Part shown: piece after piece, positions 49,736-62,500 of the stretch
How the letters are laid out: each line of letters begins with the position of its first letter
Position numbering within the stretch: the first letter of the stretch is position 1
Source: Okamejei kenojei
Lineage: Eukaryota
Assembly (NCBI GenBank): GCA_035221665.1
Contig: CM069137.1
Span: forward strand, 79,608,001-79,672,000
Reading direction: 5' to 3'
DNA length: 64,000 bases
Notes under the pieces: model-generated
What the model saw: the letters and a program-made list of their open reading frames with translations, nothing else
Told to the model about the DNA's origin: nothing
Databases searched by the model: none
Program-made: the position numbers and the translations under genes

Positions 49736-51107
49736 ATTGTTTTAACAGGAAAAGCATTAACATGACACACATTGAATGTTCTGCATCTTTAAAAATATTC
49801 TAACTGTAGCCTTAAAAATCCAATAATGTGCTGTCTTAAATTAAACCCTTCATTTATGAAAACTAAATTGACCTATGTGAAAAATGCCACCTCATCTTTT
49901 ACGCAACATACTTTTATGCAACACAAGTTAAACCATCAAGGAAAAAGTATATCTTGATCGTTTATGCCGAATATTGTTTGTAAAATTAGAGCAAAATATG
50001 GATGAAAAATTATCCATGAACCAGGTGAGGAAAGTAGGAAGACAATCTGTGAAAATGTAACTTTCACAGAGCTGCCTGGTCTTGTGGTTGGCGTTTTTGT
50101 AGGAAAAAGGTGAACCAGGAAAGCTCTACCTCACACACGAGTCACTAACTTACAAGAAATATTGCTGCAATTTTTTAAGTCCACGCAGTGATCAAACTGT
50201 AGTTCTATGAGCTCATGCAGATGATATGAAGAGAACCAATTAAAAAAAACTGAAATAATGGCAGATTCGTTTTTCCACAGTTGTATAATGTCCTTTCTAT
50301 CTCTTTTCATTTATTTTTTAGTTTTGTCATCATATATGTGTGGAGCCTTGTACACTGCAACACCAATTTTCCTTTAGCAATTACCAGGTCTCATTTTTCC
50401 TAAATTTAATCCTGCAGTCAAAAACAAATTAACTACCGCAGAACTAAAAGGGAAATAAATGCTAGGTGACACATTCGGAAAGAATTTCAGAAAAGAATGT
50501 GTAAATTTTAGTGTGTATTTTCAAACCAAATATCCAATATTTTGCAATTAAACAGAAGTAAAACAAGAAACTTATAATATTTGGTCATAGATAGCTCAGC
50601 CCAAAGGCTTAGAAGAAGTCTTGGAGGATTTGGGCTGGTGGCATTAAATATTTCACTTATATGTTAGTAATAAGAGCCCAAACACCCGGATGCATCTGTG
50701 CATCTATGCTTCTGTGCATAGTTGAGAACAAACTCTTACATGCTAGCAGATATAGTCAAATTCTACTAGAACATTGAGTTTCTGCAATAAATGTTAATGC
50801 AGCACACTATCATCTAATCACAAAACACATTCCTTTTTTAAATGTCAACACATTGGTCAAAAACAATTTATCTTTCACTAAAATTTGTTAACTGCTGATA
50901 AAATACTACTAGAAATATCCTAGGTTATAAACATTTTAATAATTACTTCAGCCATTTCCCCTACAACAAATGTTAATCTAATTGGCCTGTAGTCTTTTGC
51001 TTTGTCTCCCTCCCTTGTAAAATGGAGTATATTTGCTGTTTTCCCAATCTAATTGAACCTACCCTGGGTCTAAAGCAATCTTAGAACATTAACCATCTCA
51101 CTGACAT

Positions 51108-51238
51108 AGACACAAAAAGCTGGAGTACCTCAGTGGGTCAGACAGCATCTCTGAAGAAAACAAATAGGTGACGTTTTGGGTCGAAACATCACATATTCTT
51201 TTTCAGTGTAAACCAGCATCTGCAGTTCCTTCCTACAC
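51108..51238. mobile_element. Fold-back Penelope fragment pair with internal deletion (another pair at about 51655-51835)
   Basis: agacacaaaagctggag...gacgttttgggtcgaaacatc...ccagcatctgcagttccttcctaca. Confidence 0.65.
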
Positions 51239-52632
51239 ATCTCACTGATCACTTATTTTAAGACCCTAGGACAAAGTTCGTGATGACATTAGGACTTGGA
51301 AGGCCGATGGCCCACATTTAATAATTTACTTTGTCTTACCTGCCTTGATTATACATTTTCTCAACAACCTCCTTGGCTTCTCACTCCGTATTTAGAACTA
51401 TTTCAGTTTACATATATTTTACAATGAAAACATGCAAGTTGGAATAGTTTCACAAATGAAAAAGGTGCGCCTAATGGCATTGTATCATAATAATGCACTT
51501 GCAAGAATGTAGATGAGCTAATGACTGAAACAGACAAATGAGGATGACCGGATGTGACAGAGATATGGTGCATGGAGATCAAAGCTGAGATTGACTACTT
51601 TGGAATCTTTCACTTTTGGGAAGGACAAGCACGAAGAAAATATAGTGACATAAACTGTAAATTCTGGAATCTTGAGCAAAATTCTGCGGGAGAAATGTAG
51701 CAAGCCGCCAATGTTTATGGCTAGGACCAGAAACCTCTCTAGCAGGGTCTTGACCTGAAACGCCACCGGTCCATTCCTTCCACAGAGGCTGCCTGATCTT
51801 CTGAGTTCCTCCAGCAGTTTGTTTTTTTCCCCAAAGAAACCACCGTCTCCAGGGGCTACAACACACGAAGCAACAACAACTGCTTCAACTGGACCATGCA
51901 GTGAGTGAAGGGGTCGCTGGTGCACCTTGTGGGTCTGGTGGGGGCCCACGGAAGCCTGCGCTCTAAGCGGCCAGTGAGGCTGTAACCAAAATCAATTATG
52001 AAGGGGTCTGTTAAAATGAGGGTTTACTATGTATAAAAAGGAAGAGAGATCCCAGTGAATACAGGCTCTTAGAGGCTGGAGATTTTTTTTAATGAGAATA
52101 AGCAATGACAGATATTTGCATCAATCTTTATGGTAGAAGACTCACAAATCTGTTGCTAATTAAATGCAATAAATATGACTCAATGTATTTGACCATGGAA
52201 AGTAAATAATGGACTGGTTGGGCTGACTGCCCATTTCCCTACAGTAACTTCTAGGTTTCCAAGTCCACACGCAAACATGATTGAAAAAAAATAAGCCACT
52301 AATAAATCTTCTACACTACCTACTCAATCGACGTACAACATTTAAAGAAATATTTGTCATTATTGAGGTCTTCATCTTATGTTGGGAGTATATTAAAATC
52401 TTCCCGATTCAAAAACTTGCTAATGCCATAGTTGGAAAGGACCCCCAAACAAATTTGCCCACAGTTTGCATCAATGTCAAATCCTATCTCTCTGCACCCA
52501 ATACCATTTCCAGTGTTTCACCGACTTTATATATCTTGGAAATCTGATCTTACACTTTAAGTCTGCAAATGGAAACACACAATGAAAGAGTTATTGAAGA
52601 TTATTCTGAAACTACATTGCAGAGTCCAATAC

Positions 52633-52726
52633 CTGACTTTTGCGATGACAGAGCAACCACCAATGCAGGGTCAATTTCACAAGGCAATCCCGATGCTGAA
52701 GAAAGTTCATACACATTCATTGCAAC
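52633..52726 (-). CDS. NCKAP1: NCKAP1 coding exon ([31 protein letters not shown])
   Basis: 94 nt with tgcag acceptor and gtattg donor, phase 0 to 1. Confidence 0.96.
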
Positions 52727-53244
52727 CTGCACAGGTTAAGAAATCATATTTAAGACAATAAAAATAACTTTACAGTTCTTCATAAAACTGCCCAAAATCG
52801 ATTTACTAAATCTAAAATACAAGACATCAAGGGGACTTTCATGTTAAATGGCTGATCGAAACCCTAGAAATAATACTGCTCAAGGAAATGGATATGGCAT
52901 GGTTTTCCTGACGGTACTTCGGAATCATAATTGTTATGGTTGTGCTCCTGTGCCTGAATCCTGGTTGCATCTACTGAATTGTAGTTGTTTGCTACATGTA
53001 TTTGTGGTCAAGATGTTTGTGTCAAAACCAGAATTACACATGGACATGCATGGAGCAAGAACTAGGCAACATCTAGGAATTAAAAGATTAATCTCTTGTA
53101 CAAACCTTTGCAAACAAGTGAAATCAATTACCAATAAATGTATCAATTTTCGTTAATCAGATTTAAAAGTACTGGAAATTAGAATACAAAGCGATTATTT
53201 GGCAAAGAACCCCAAGAATCACTTTAATTTTACATTAGCATTGA

Positions 53245-53560
53245 AAGACGCGGGAGCTTCAGTCGCCCAATCACGGGGGCTTCGATCGCCGGCTGCGGGA
53301 GCTTCAATCTCCCTGACTGCGGATGGTTCGACTGCCCCGACCGCGGGAGAATAAAGAGGGAAGAAGATTAGGCTTTATTGCCTTCCATCATAGTGAGGAA
53401 TGTGGGGAATCTGCTGTGGTGGATGTTTATGTTAACTTTTATGTAGTTGTGTGTCTTGTTGCTTTTTTTTTTAAGTATGGCTGTATGGTTGTATGGTGAT
53501 TCGAGTTTCACTGTACCTTAATTGGTACACGTGACAATAAACGGACCTTTGAACCTTTGA
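53245..53560 (+). mobile_element. Non-autonomous retroposon with about 22-bp minisatellite, shared hairpin core and Rex1-type tail
   Basis: gcgggagcttcgatcgcc-like units, core gccttccatcatagtgagga...ctgtggtggatgtt, tail tttcactgtacc..ggtacacgtgacaataaa then (cctttgaa)n. Confidence 0.7.
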
Positions 53561-53664
53561 AGAGAAGGTGCAAGAAATTGCACAAGGTCATAATGTGGTA
53601 CCTTTAGTTCTTTGAATAGTGGGGATTGCTGACATAGCAGGTATTTATTACCAACTCCCAATAG

Positions 53665-53868
53665 CAGTGACTCCAACTCTCCCGCTTTCGGCGGGAGATC
53701 GCCCGCTGAAAGGGCATTTTCGCAAAATCTCCCGCTCTCCCGCTTGAGATATAATTTCTCCCGCCCGGGAGGGAGAAATTATATCTCAAGCAGGAGAGCG
53801 GGAGATTTTGCGAAAATGCCCTTTCAGCGGGCGATCTCCCGCCAAAAGCGGGAGAGTTGGAGTCACTG
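53665..53868. mobile_element. 204-bp fully palindromic MITE
   Basis: 102-bp arms with 3 mismatches and no spacer; ends cagtgactccaac; 6-bp TSD caatag at 53659-53664 and 53869-53874. Confidence 0.92.
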
Positions 53869-54845
53869 CAATAGCCCGAGAGGGTAAAATAATGAATGAA
53901 CTTCTTGATTCCTTGCAACACGTGTATTGCTGTTCACGTGCACCTGCAGCCCACATCTTGGTGATAAAGGCTTGTGCTTGAGGGGTGCTAATGAAGCAGG
54001 CTTGGACTGTTGATGTAGTGCAAATAATAGATGTCATTGCACCTTGTTGATGGATGTCGGTGATGAATAGGGTACTAACAACCAGGCAGTTTTGCCCTTG
54101 GCGTTTTGAAGATTGCCTGGTTGGTATGGATCTAATGAAAAAACTATTCTATTATTACCCAACATCCTCCTAAATGGCTAAACGGCTTTGTGGACACAGA
54201 GGTATCAACTCATTTCAGTGCTTTCAAATTACACTATTAAATGACCTGCTCACTGAGGTTTGGAAATTGTATCCAAATCCATAATGAATATATTTTGATC
54301 AACTTTTCTCTGTTGATCAAATTAGCATGTCATGCTTCGTGTCATGCCACCCAAGTCATTTTCAAAGGTTGCAGATAAATTGGTAAAGGCGTCCATTAAT
54401 TTATGGACTTGAAGTTCAATTGGACATGCTATTTCTTTGATATTTGATCGGCTAGATTGCTTCCAGAAAACGTAATCACATTCATTTAGTTCAAATAAAC
54501 TGGTTTGTACAAAGACACAGCAGATGCTAAAAGGTTGTGCCAAAATCTTCCAGTTCGCTCTTTCCTTTTCCACAGATGCTGCCTGACCTGCCAAGTTTTC
54601 ACCATTTTATTTTGATTTAATAAATGTTCCAATTCCCAAACATTTGCACCACAAATGACAATGAAATACAACATGAGAAAGCAAAATTGCATGTGGAATG
54701 TGCACCGCAGCAGGATTTTTAATTAAATGTGAAATTAATACTTTAGCTTTCTACAATTCCAGCCATATATAATCAGCAGTACACACTTTAGATGAAATAG
54801 ACCATAAATAACTTGATCTTAACATCGAGATATAAATTACAATAC

Positions 54846-54926
54846 CTTCATATCTGTCTCCCTCGGAATGTGATCCTTGAAATCCTCAACTGAACTCACA
54901 AGAAAGGGAATGTGGCAAGACAGAAC
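54846..54926 (-). CDS. NCKAP1: NCKAP1 coding exon ([27 protein letters not shown])
   Basis: 81 nt with tttcag acceptor and gtattg donor, phase 0 to 0. Confidence 0.96.
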
Positions 54927-55417
54927 CTGAAATAAACATCCAACCTTTTAGAAGCTGTAGATTTTGGAGTCAAAGGATTGAGGCAAGGGAAGGGTAGAAC
55001 TGGCAAGTCTGGTATTGTGGAGTAGGTGGTGTTGTTGTTGTCGTCTAAAGAGTACAGCAGGGCCCATGACTTGGAAAAAGTATTGTCCTCAACATTTGAA
55101 GTTTAGCACTTTACCTGAATATTTTGTTCTGGCAAATTATCCTGTACTGAGTTTTACAGATGACAGAATTCTATATTTGCACTATTTCTTCTATGAAATT
55201 TCTTCCCTATTTCACTTCTCAATGGATAATTTTCAACTTTAAGATCAAGCCCCATTGTTAAGAATTTCTCCAGCATAGGAAATTAATTCCACCACCAAAT
55301 CTACTCAATTAAAATATCCTGACTGCATCCACCCCTCAACTATCTAAAGTCATAGGAATAAAACAACGATATTTAATCAGTCATCAAAGTAACCATTTCG
55401 GACATTGCAAACTCATT

Positions 55418-55827
55418 TCTTTTTTTTAATTAAAAAAATATCTTTATTAGCGGTACTGTCAGTTACATCAGTGTACATCCCTTGTATTGTATTATAGTCA
55501 TTGTACCCCTTAATTTTTATTTTTTATTTTAAGGCTTTAGAAAAGAGAGAATAGAGAGAAAAATAGCAGCATAGATAGTAGAAAAGTGAAAAAGAGATGT
55601 GAAAGTGCAAAAGCGTGACAGGGAAAGGAAACCCTTGAAGAGTTAGAAACGGGAATTAAGAGATAGACCCTGGAGAGGAAAAAAAGAAAAGAGAAAAAGG
55701 GAAAAATAGAGAAAGAAAAAAGAAAAGCCAATTACTTTATTATAAACATCTCGCAAAAGGAATCTACCAACTCGACAGTTTTTCTTCCCCCTTTACCAAG
55801 ACCCGACACCGGTACTTTTTTGAGGTA
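55418..55827 (-). mobile_element. Poly(A)-tailed retro-insertion, probably an L1/Tx1 3' UTR
   Basis: 12-bp TSD tgcaaactcatt (55406-55417 and 55828-55839); minus-strand AATAAA near 55443-55448 before a short A-tail; U-rich body. Confidence 0.75.
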
Positions 55828-56478
55828 TGCAAACTCATTACTAAGGCCAACCATTTGGTCTTTTGGCGCTGTGACTATTCCTGCTCATGAAACGTTCATT
55901 AGCAACTCTTCTGGTAGCTCAGGATATTTCAGTACAATAAAGGGTGGCAGATAAAGCTGGTGTTATTGTAGTTAGCATTTCAGAGGGACTCTGTTATATT
56001 TAAAGGCATTACACTTTGAAAGAAGCTTTCCATGAAGCTTGTAAATATATTTTCCCCGAAAATAAAATAATCACCATTAGGCGCAAAATCTAATGCCATA
56101 TAACATGACAACAATTTGATGTGCTCATACTTGTTTGAAGAGAGTACATCACACATACTCCATGATGCACTTTGAATTTCCACAACTGACAATAAACTGA
56201 CAAGACTTCAATTTCAGTTCTTCCTCCATTCCACCTTAAATAATGAAGCCATATCTTAGAGGAAGCTAAAATGTTTATTATATTTTGGCCAATTTAAATT
56301 AATACTCTGTGTAGTCCCAGGAGTCCTTTGAATTCACTACCTTCCCGTTAGATGTTTTCACAAAATTATTTCCTCTCCCCGTGACACTCACTATTTTTAA
56401 GAATGTTATACAGCATTTGGCAATTTGACCGCAAAGATATTCAAAGACATTCATTCATATGACGCCATCAGTACTTAC

Positions 56479-56561
56479 ATCTCTAAGCGCTTCCTGTGCC
56501 AGTGAACGAAATGATAGGATAACACCAATTATTGTCATCCTCTTCAGTACACTATCAACCG
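56479..56561 (-). CDS. NCKAP1: NCKAP1 coding exon ((S)[27 protein letters not shown])
   Basis: 83 nt with ctag acceptor and gtaagt donor, phase 1 to 0; joins the previous exon in frame. Confidence 0.96.
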
Positions 56562-57344
56562 CTAGATTTAAGGAGACAGAGAGAAATGAGTAACATCTAG
56601 GTTTTTTGCAAGACTGATCAATAGTACAACAATGCCTTAAGCATTACGACTCTTCAGAAATATCTGTGTTCCACAGAATCATTTCTAACTTCAGCTAATC
56701 AACCCTAATCAGCTACTCAGTAACTAACAAATAAATTGTACCAAACATTTTTTTTGTGGACACGATTCAAATTCTTAGAAGCTGCAGAAGCACACTTAAA
56801 ATATAGGCAGTGATTCTAGATTATTTCTGAAAATTCTAAAATGTAATGAAAAAGTGGATTTTGTATTCTGCACATTAACAAATCATGAGTAAAGGATGGT
56901 TATATTTCATGGCACTTTACTTAAGGAACAAGAGAGTGAAGGTTTTGGTGCTCTGCAAAGGATTATGCCGATTCTCTTCCCACAGATGCAGCTTGATATG
57001 CTGACTATTTCTCACATTTTCTGTTTCATTTTATATTTTCAGCATCTGCATATACACTAAAATTTTATCTGCAGCCAACATGAAACACAAACTACAAAGT
57101 AACACTTCAGTGTTTGTGGCCGCAGTAAATGTGACATCCGGAGAAAAAAAACAACAGTAGTCAAAAAGCCCCAGTTCAATCTGTTTTTCCAGGACAAATC
57201 CAACTTGACAAACTTGCCATTTAATTTTGTAATGTCAATAGAGATGAATAAATCACAAGATCCTGAGGCTTGATCATGTTCATGATGAAGTGCTTTGATA
57301 AGTTGATTATGACACTTATATTCTGCCCTAAAAAGGACCTATAG

Positions 57345-57606
57345 ACTTCAGTGACACAGGACTGAAACAGGCCCTTCAGCCCACCAAGTCTGTGCTGACC
57401 AGCGATCATTCCCTACACTAGCACTATTCTACATGCTAGGGACAATTTACAATTTTACTGAAGCCAATTAACCTACAAACCTGTATGTCTGTGGATGTGG
57501 GAGGAAACTGGAGCACCCGGAGAAACTCACGTGGTCATAGGGAAAACGTACAAATCTCCAAACAGACAGCACACGTAGTTAGGATCGAATCCAGATCTCT
57601 GGCGCC
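57345..57606 (-). mobile_element. HE1/V-SINE
   Basis: gattcgatcc B-box-like motif, V-domain and gggctgaagggcctgtttc tail. Confidence 0.85.
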
Positions 57607-57679
57607 AACATGGACCCATTAAAATTCAGGACGGTGGAGGAGAGTCGAAACTGCGTGCAGCAAACTGATGCAATCACAG

Positions 57680-58225
57680 AAGGCTATTAACGCCTTTACT
57701 TCCTGAGAAGATTGAGGAGGTTCAGCCTGTCATTGAATATACTGTCTCCAGGTGTATGCGAAGAGAGCATGCTGACTTGTTGCATCATGGGCTAGTTCAG
57801 AAACTCAAAAGCCCAGGAGGTCAAGAAGCTGGGAGGATGTTTCCCAGAGCTAAGAACCTCGAGACTTCAGGGCACAGTTTCAGAGGTAGACCATTAATTC
57901 TGTGGTAAAATAATTTCTTCACTCAGAGGGCAGTAAACCCTGTAACCTGGAGGACTGTGGATGTTCACTGTGTTCATTCAAAACACAGATTGATAGATAT
58001 TAACAGAATCAAACGGTTGAGGATTTTGCTCAAAAATGTTGCTGAGGTAAAAGTAAACCATAATCTTAATGGAAGAAGAGGCTCGGGTGGTCTGAAGAAG
58101 GGTCTCGACCCGAAACGTCACCCATGCCTTCTCTCCAGAGATGCTGCCTGTCCCGCTGAGTTACCCCAGCTTTTTGTGTCTGTCTCAGAAGGTCGGAGGG
58201 CTTATTTCTTGTGTTATATGTGGGG
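57680..58225 (+). mobile_element. Rex1 fragment plus old CR1 3' end, with a Penelope hammerhead repeat inserted at about 58090-58185
   Basis: RLYFLRRLRRF motif, CR1 tail words, and CTGAAGAAGGGTCTCGACCCGAAACGTC at 58092-58119. Confidence 0.7.
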
Positions 58226-59457
58226 CAGCTAATGAGATTTTCCATGACTTATTTTGACTTCAACATATCATCCTCCCACTCAATTCTCAGTCCATATTGA
58301 TAAGTATTTCATTTAACATTAAATATCCAGCAAGTTGAAGAATTCTGACCTGCTTTCTCAAACAGATGGGAAATCAGGAGCCATGAGCTCTGCAAGATTA
58401 GAAAGGATTTCCCTTCATAAAGTTACTTAGACTGTTGCAGTTTCTTTTCTATCCATCACATCAGGAAATTTAATGAATCTTTTCAAATGTTTAAACCATC
58501 TAACATAGAACTTGACAGCAAAAACATGTTTTTAATGGCAAAATTGAAAATCATGTACAAGTACAGATTGAACAGAGGTCTCAAGTTCACCTTAGTCTGT
58601 TTTGAGTTAGCTGATAACCTGTCTCAAACAGCTGTCTGTCTCCACAAATGTTCAACGTGGAATGTCGCTGTACACTTGAGTTCAGTTCTCAAGTCAGTTG
58701 GGACAAGATTAAAGTTCTGGTGCCCATCAAAATTTGTTTTATGCTCATCACATTAATATTATGTCAAATAATCTCTGGATATCACCAATGACTCAAAAGT
58801 GAATTTCATCAATTCCCTTGCAGTCTTGGTTGGAAGTACAAACGGCAAAACTATGAAAAGTATTCTGATCTTTTAGACTAAAGAGATAAAAGTATCTTGC
58901 CTTTCCCTTGGGATCTTATCAGCACTTTCAAAACTTACCACAACAAACCACCTTTTCAAAGTTGCCAAGCTTAGTTTGGAAAAATATAAATGGAAAAGAA
59001 CTGGTGGTTGTCACCACGACAAAAAAAAAAAAAAACTGTAGATGAAATATCGCATGAAATTTATAAAATCTGAAATAATTCCAGTACTGTTGACGAGCTA
59101 ATTGACTGGAGTATAAGGTCAAATGTTTCCCACCAACGCAAACTTACTGGGATCTTGCCTAACAGGATAAAAGTATTGGTGCATGATAGAGAAACTATGT
59201 AGCAAACTATTATTCTCCCTTTACAGGGGAAAGAGTGAGATGGGGTTAGGCAAGGTTCTCATTTCCTTCATCCAGCTCCTTGGGGAAAAATTCTGCATTT
59301 AAGTCCTGACAATGTGCAAAGTTAAAATTAACAATCTATTATTCATAGAACATGCAATGGAATTATAGTTCTGCAACTGTGAGGCTGTGTCACAGACTGG
59401 AACATCATTACATTGTTTATCCAGTTTCTGGAATTGGTAAACATACTCTATACCTAC

Positions 59458-59551
59458 ATGTTAATCTTTTGAAGAGCGCTGCCATCTGGTCGGGTTTGTC
59501 AAAGCTGGTCCTCATTTGTGTAAGCACGTCAACATTCTCCACTACTAGTTT
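59458..59551 (-). CDS. NCKAP1: NCKAP1 coding exon ([31 protein letters not shown]), most 5' exon found in the window
   Basis: 94 nt with tttttag acceptor and gtaggt donor, phase 0 to 1. Translation matches vertebrate NCKAP1/NAP1 (WAVE regulatory complex) as I recall it. Confidence 0.96.
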
Positions 59552-62500
59552 CTAAAAAATAAACCAACATTCAATATTAGACAGTCAGGTAACCAAAGTC
59601 AAACAGATATTTCAATCTGGCAAAGGAAATTAGCTTTATAAGATCCAGATGGTTCCAGTCTTCAGTTCCCAAAGAGTTGAAGTGTTTGGAGATAATGTGC
59701 AACTTAACTTCTGAAAACAAAACACTCCCGTGTTATTTTTACATTCCACTTTTTCCCCTTTCAGTTCACAAGCAGTGAGATTGAACAGGCCATTGTCTTC
59801 TATTTCCTTCCTTTCTCTCCTAAAATCATCCTATGATAAAATTAATAACCGTTTTGAACACTTCCAATGCAAAGCTGAGATGATGATACATTTGAAAAGG
59901 TATACATTAAATGTTATATATAAAAATAAAGTTTTATAAAGATATAAACCATAATTTAGTCTCAGAATACTGCATTACCAGTGATATCTGCAGTGCCTTG
60001 ACAAAAATAAATAGTTATTTTTTGTCCAATATCTCTCTCACACATTCTTGAGCATAAGCAGTTACATTCTTCATTATCCAAGTGGCAGCTGTTTATTTCT
60101 AAGCTGAGAAAGCATGTACCATTATGTAAAAAAAGCAAGTGCTGGAGGAACTCTGGGTCTGGCAGTATCTGTGGAGAATATGGAAGGCAGCATTGAAGGG
60201 TAGTTCTGCAGATGCCATTATCTTAGTTGAAACAATATTATTTTAGTTCAAGGCCAAGTGGACAAATTTCCTGAAGTTGAGAGAAAGAAAATATGGAAGA
60301 GCGGTCACATGGTTATAATTATGAATTTGCAAGCAGTTTTCCTCCACGCAAGTTCAAGAGTACAAAGGCTAATTCAAGCAATCTAATACAGGAGCTTCCA
60401 TAAAGCTCAGTGCCACTTCTCAAAGTGAACTCTGCAGCAAACAAATCCAAAGTACTTACGGATTTTTAGAAATAAGTTTTAAAAAGTAAAATTCTAACAC
60501 AACAAAATTGCTCCAAGACTCAGTCATGTAACAATAGAAATGACAATGCAATTTAAAATGATATTTCATCGTTTATTTTTGGTGATTCAAAAATAAAGAA
60601 TACTTGTTTTTCAGAAAATGAATTCCTTTGGCCACCGGGTCATATAATAAACCCAAGTTACAATTTTCCAGAAGAATATTAGACTTGCAATTTCATCACA
60701 TTTTGTATAACACTCAAGTTATTTGGCAGGAAGCACAAAATTAATAGCTTTTCACTGAGACACTGAAATAAAAAAAACAGGAAGGAATTGACTGCCTTTA
60801 GATGATTTAGTCTAAGTCACACATTCCTCCCTTGCAACCCCCTCCTCCGCATAGAAATAAATTACTGTCACGTTAAGGTAAAAGGTTAAATGGTCTTTTG
60901 GATATCAACTGCCAATATTGTTTTTGCACAATAATAAACTCCCTCAGGTTAACTGCAAATGACAAATAATTTGATTTCACCAAGAGAAGAATGTCCTCTA
61001 CTGCCTGTGGGGATCATATTTATTTTGCTTATTTAAAGCAGCTTCATCTGCTGGCTATTTTCAAATAAGCTCATATTTCTGTATATTCTCATTTTATAAA
61101 TACAGGATGTAGTAATTTGCAAACCTTGCTGGTACTAATGTAATACAAGAAAAATAAATACACCAATTCAATTGATAAACTAATAGCCACAAAGCTTCCA
61201 GTCAGATTTGTTTGCTGAAATTATGCAGCGTTTTGAATTAGACATTAATTTATGTTTTCCTCGATTTGAAAATGCAATGACATTGATCATATCCCATTTG
61301 TGTGCAGTTCAAGAAAAAAACATAGACATTAATTTCAGAAATATGATGCAAGGTGCTTTGTATTTAGGTTTGTTATTAGAAAGGGCAATTCCAATGTTAT
61401 ATCTGCAAATTCCAAGGTAATACAGCTAATATCATGTTGGTCTATAACATTTGCATCCTTCTCCATATTAAGTATTTAAAAGTATTTACAGCTAAAGAGG
61501 CAGGAGTAGTATCTTGTGTTGACTTCCCTCCAAACTAGAATAGGTTCAGCTGATCCAATCTATCCTCAATTATTGTAATTGAATTTTAAAAATTCAATGA
61601 CAAGAATTAACATACTGCTACACCACTTAGCACTTAGGAAACATCCTGAGGAATGAAAGAGTTAATGCAAATAGTGCTAAAAAGAAGTCATTACAGCAAC
61701 CCTGCACAAACTTCTGCTCTCTCCTCAGTCATGTGCTGTTTTACCAGGAACATGGTGCAAATTCAGCATTGAATTTCTGGATGGAGATGCTAGTGATGGC
61801 TGGCTTGGGCATGCTAGGACTAGCCATGTGGCCGGTCCGTGTCAGGATGGTATCGTAGTGGGCACAGATATTGCAAAAAAAAAGAGAAGACTGGCGGCAG
61901 CAGCTCCTCCATATTTTGAGAGTCTACTTGGATCCCACAAATGTGGCCAGTCCGTCGCCAAAGCCCACATGCACCATGCAAGCTCAATACAGCCCTTATC
62001 CCCATATCGCAATGCTGAGCGTCTGCATTGCTCAGCCAACACTGCCCCTCACAGGCAGCCTCACCACACCAACCTAGTGATTTTGCAGTTTATTATAGAA
62101 CCAAAAGGTCTTGCTCATGCTCATAAAAACCATAGCCAAATCACCTTCTCTCTCCACTCCTAAAATCAAATTACTCATTGTACCTAGGGATTTCAGCAAA
62201 ATCTTTGACAGGGATTCAGAAAGACATTATAAAACTGCCTTTTGACTAATTTATAAAAAACACCCATGTAAAATTAAGACAAGATTAACCTGTACCCGTG
62301 TGGAGACTTTTGAGTTTTACAGGGTCATCCCACTTACAAATTAAAAATGAGTGGCCTTCACAGCATCAGGTACGATTCCACACCTCATCCAAATAGAACA
62401 CATTTTGGCAGAATTTGTGCATTGAATTTTCTATCTCCTAAATTAAGTCTCTGTGGACTTTTATGACAATCTAATGAAGCCTTTCCTCACAGCTTATTAG

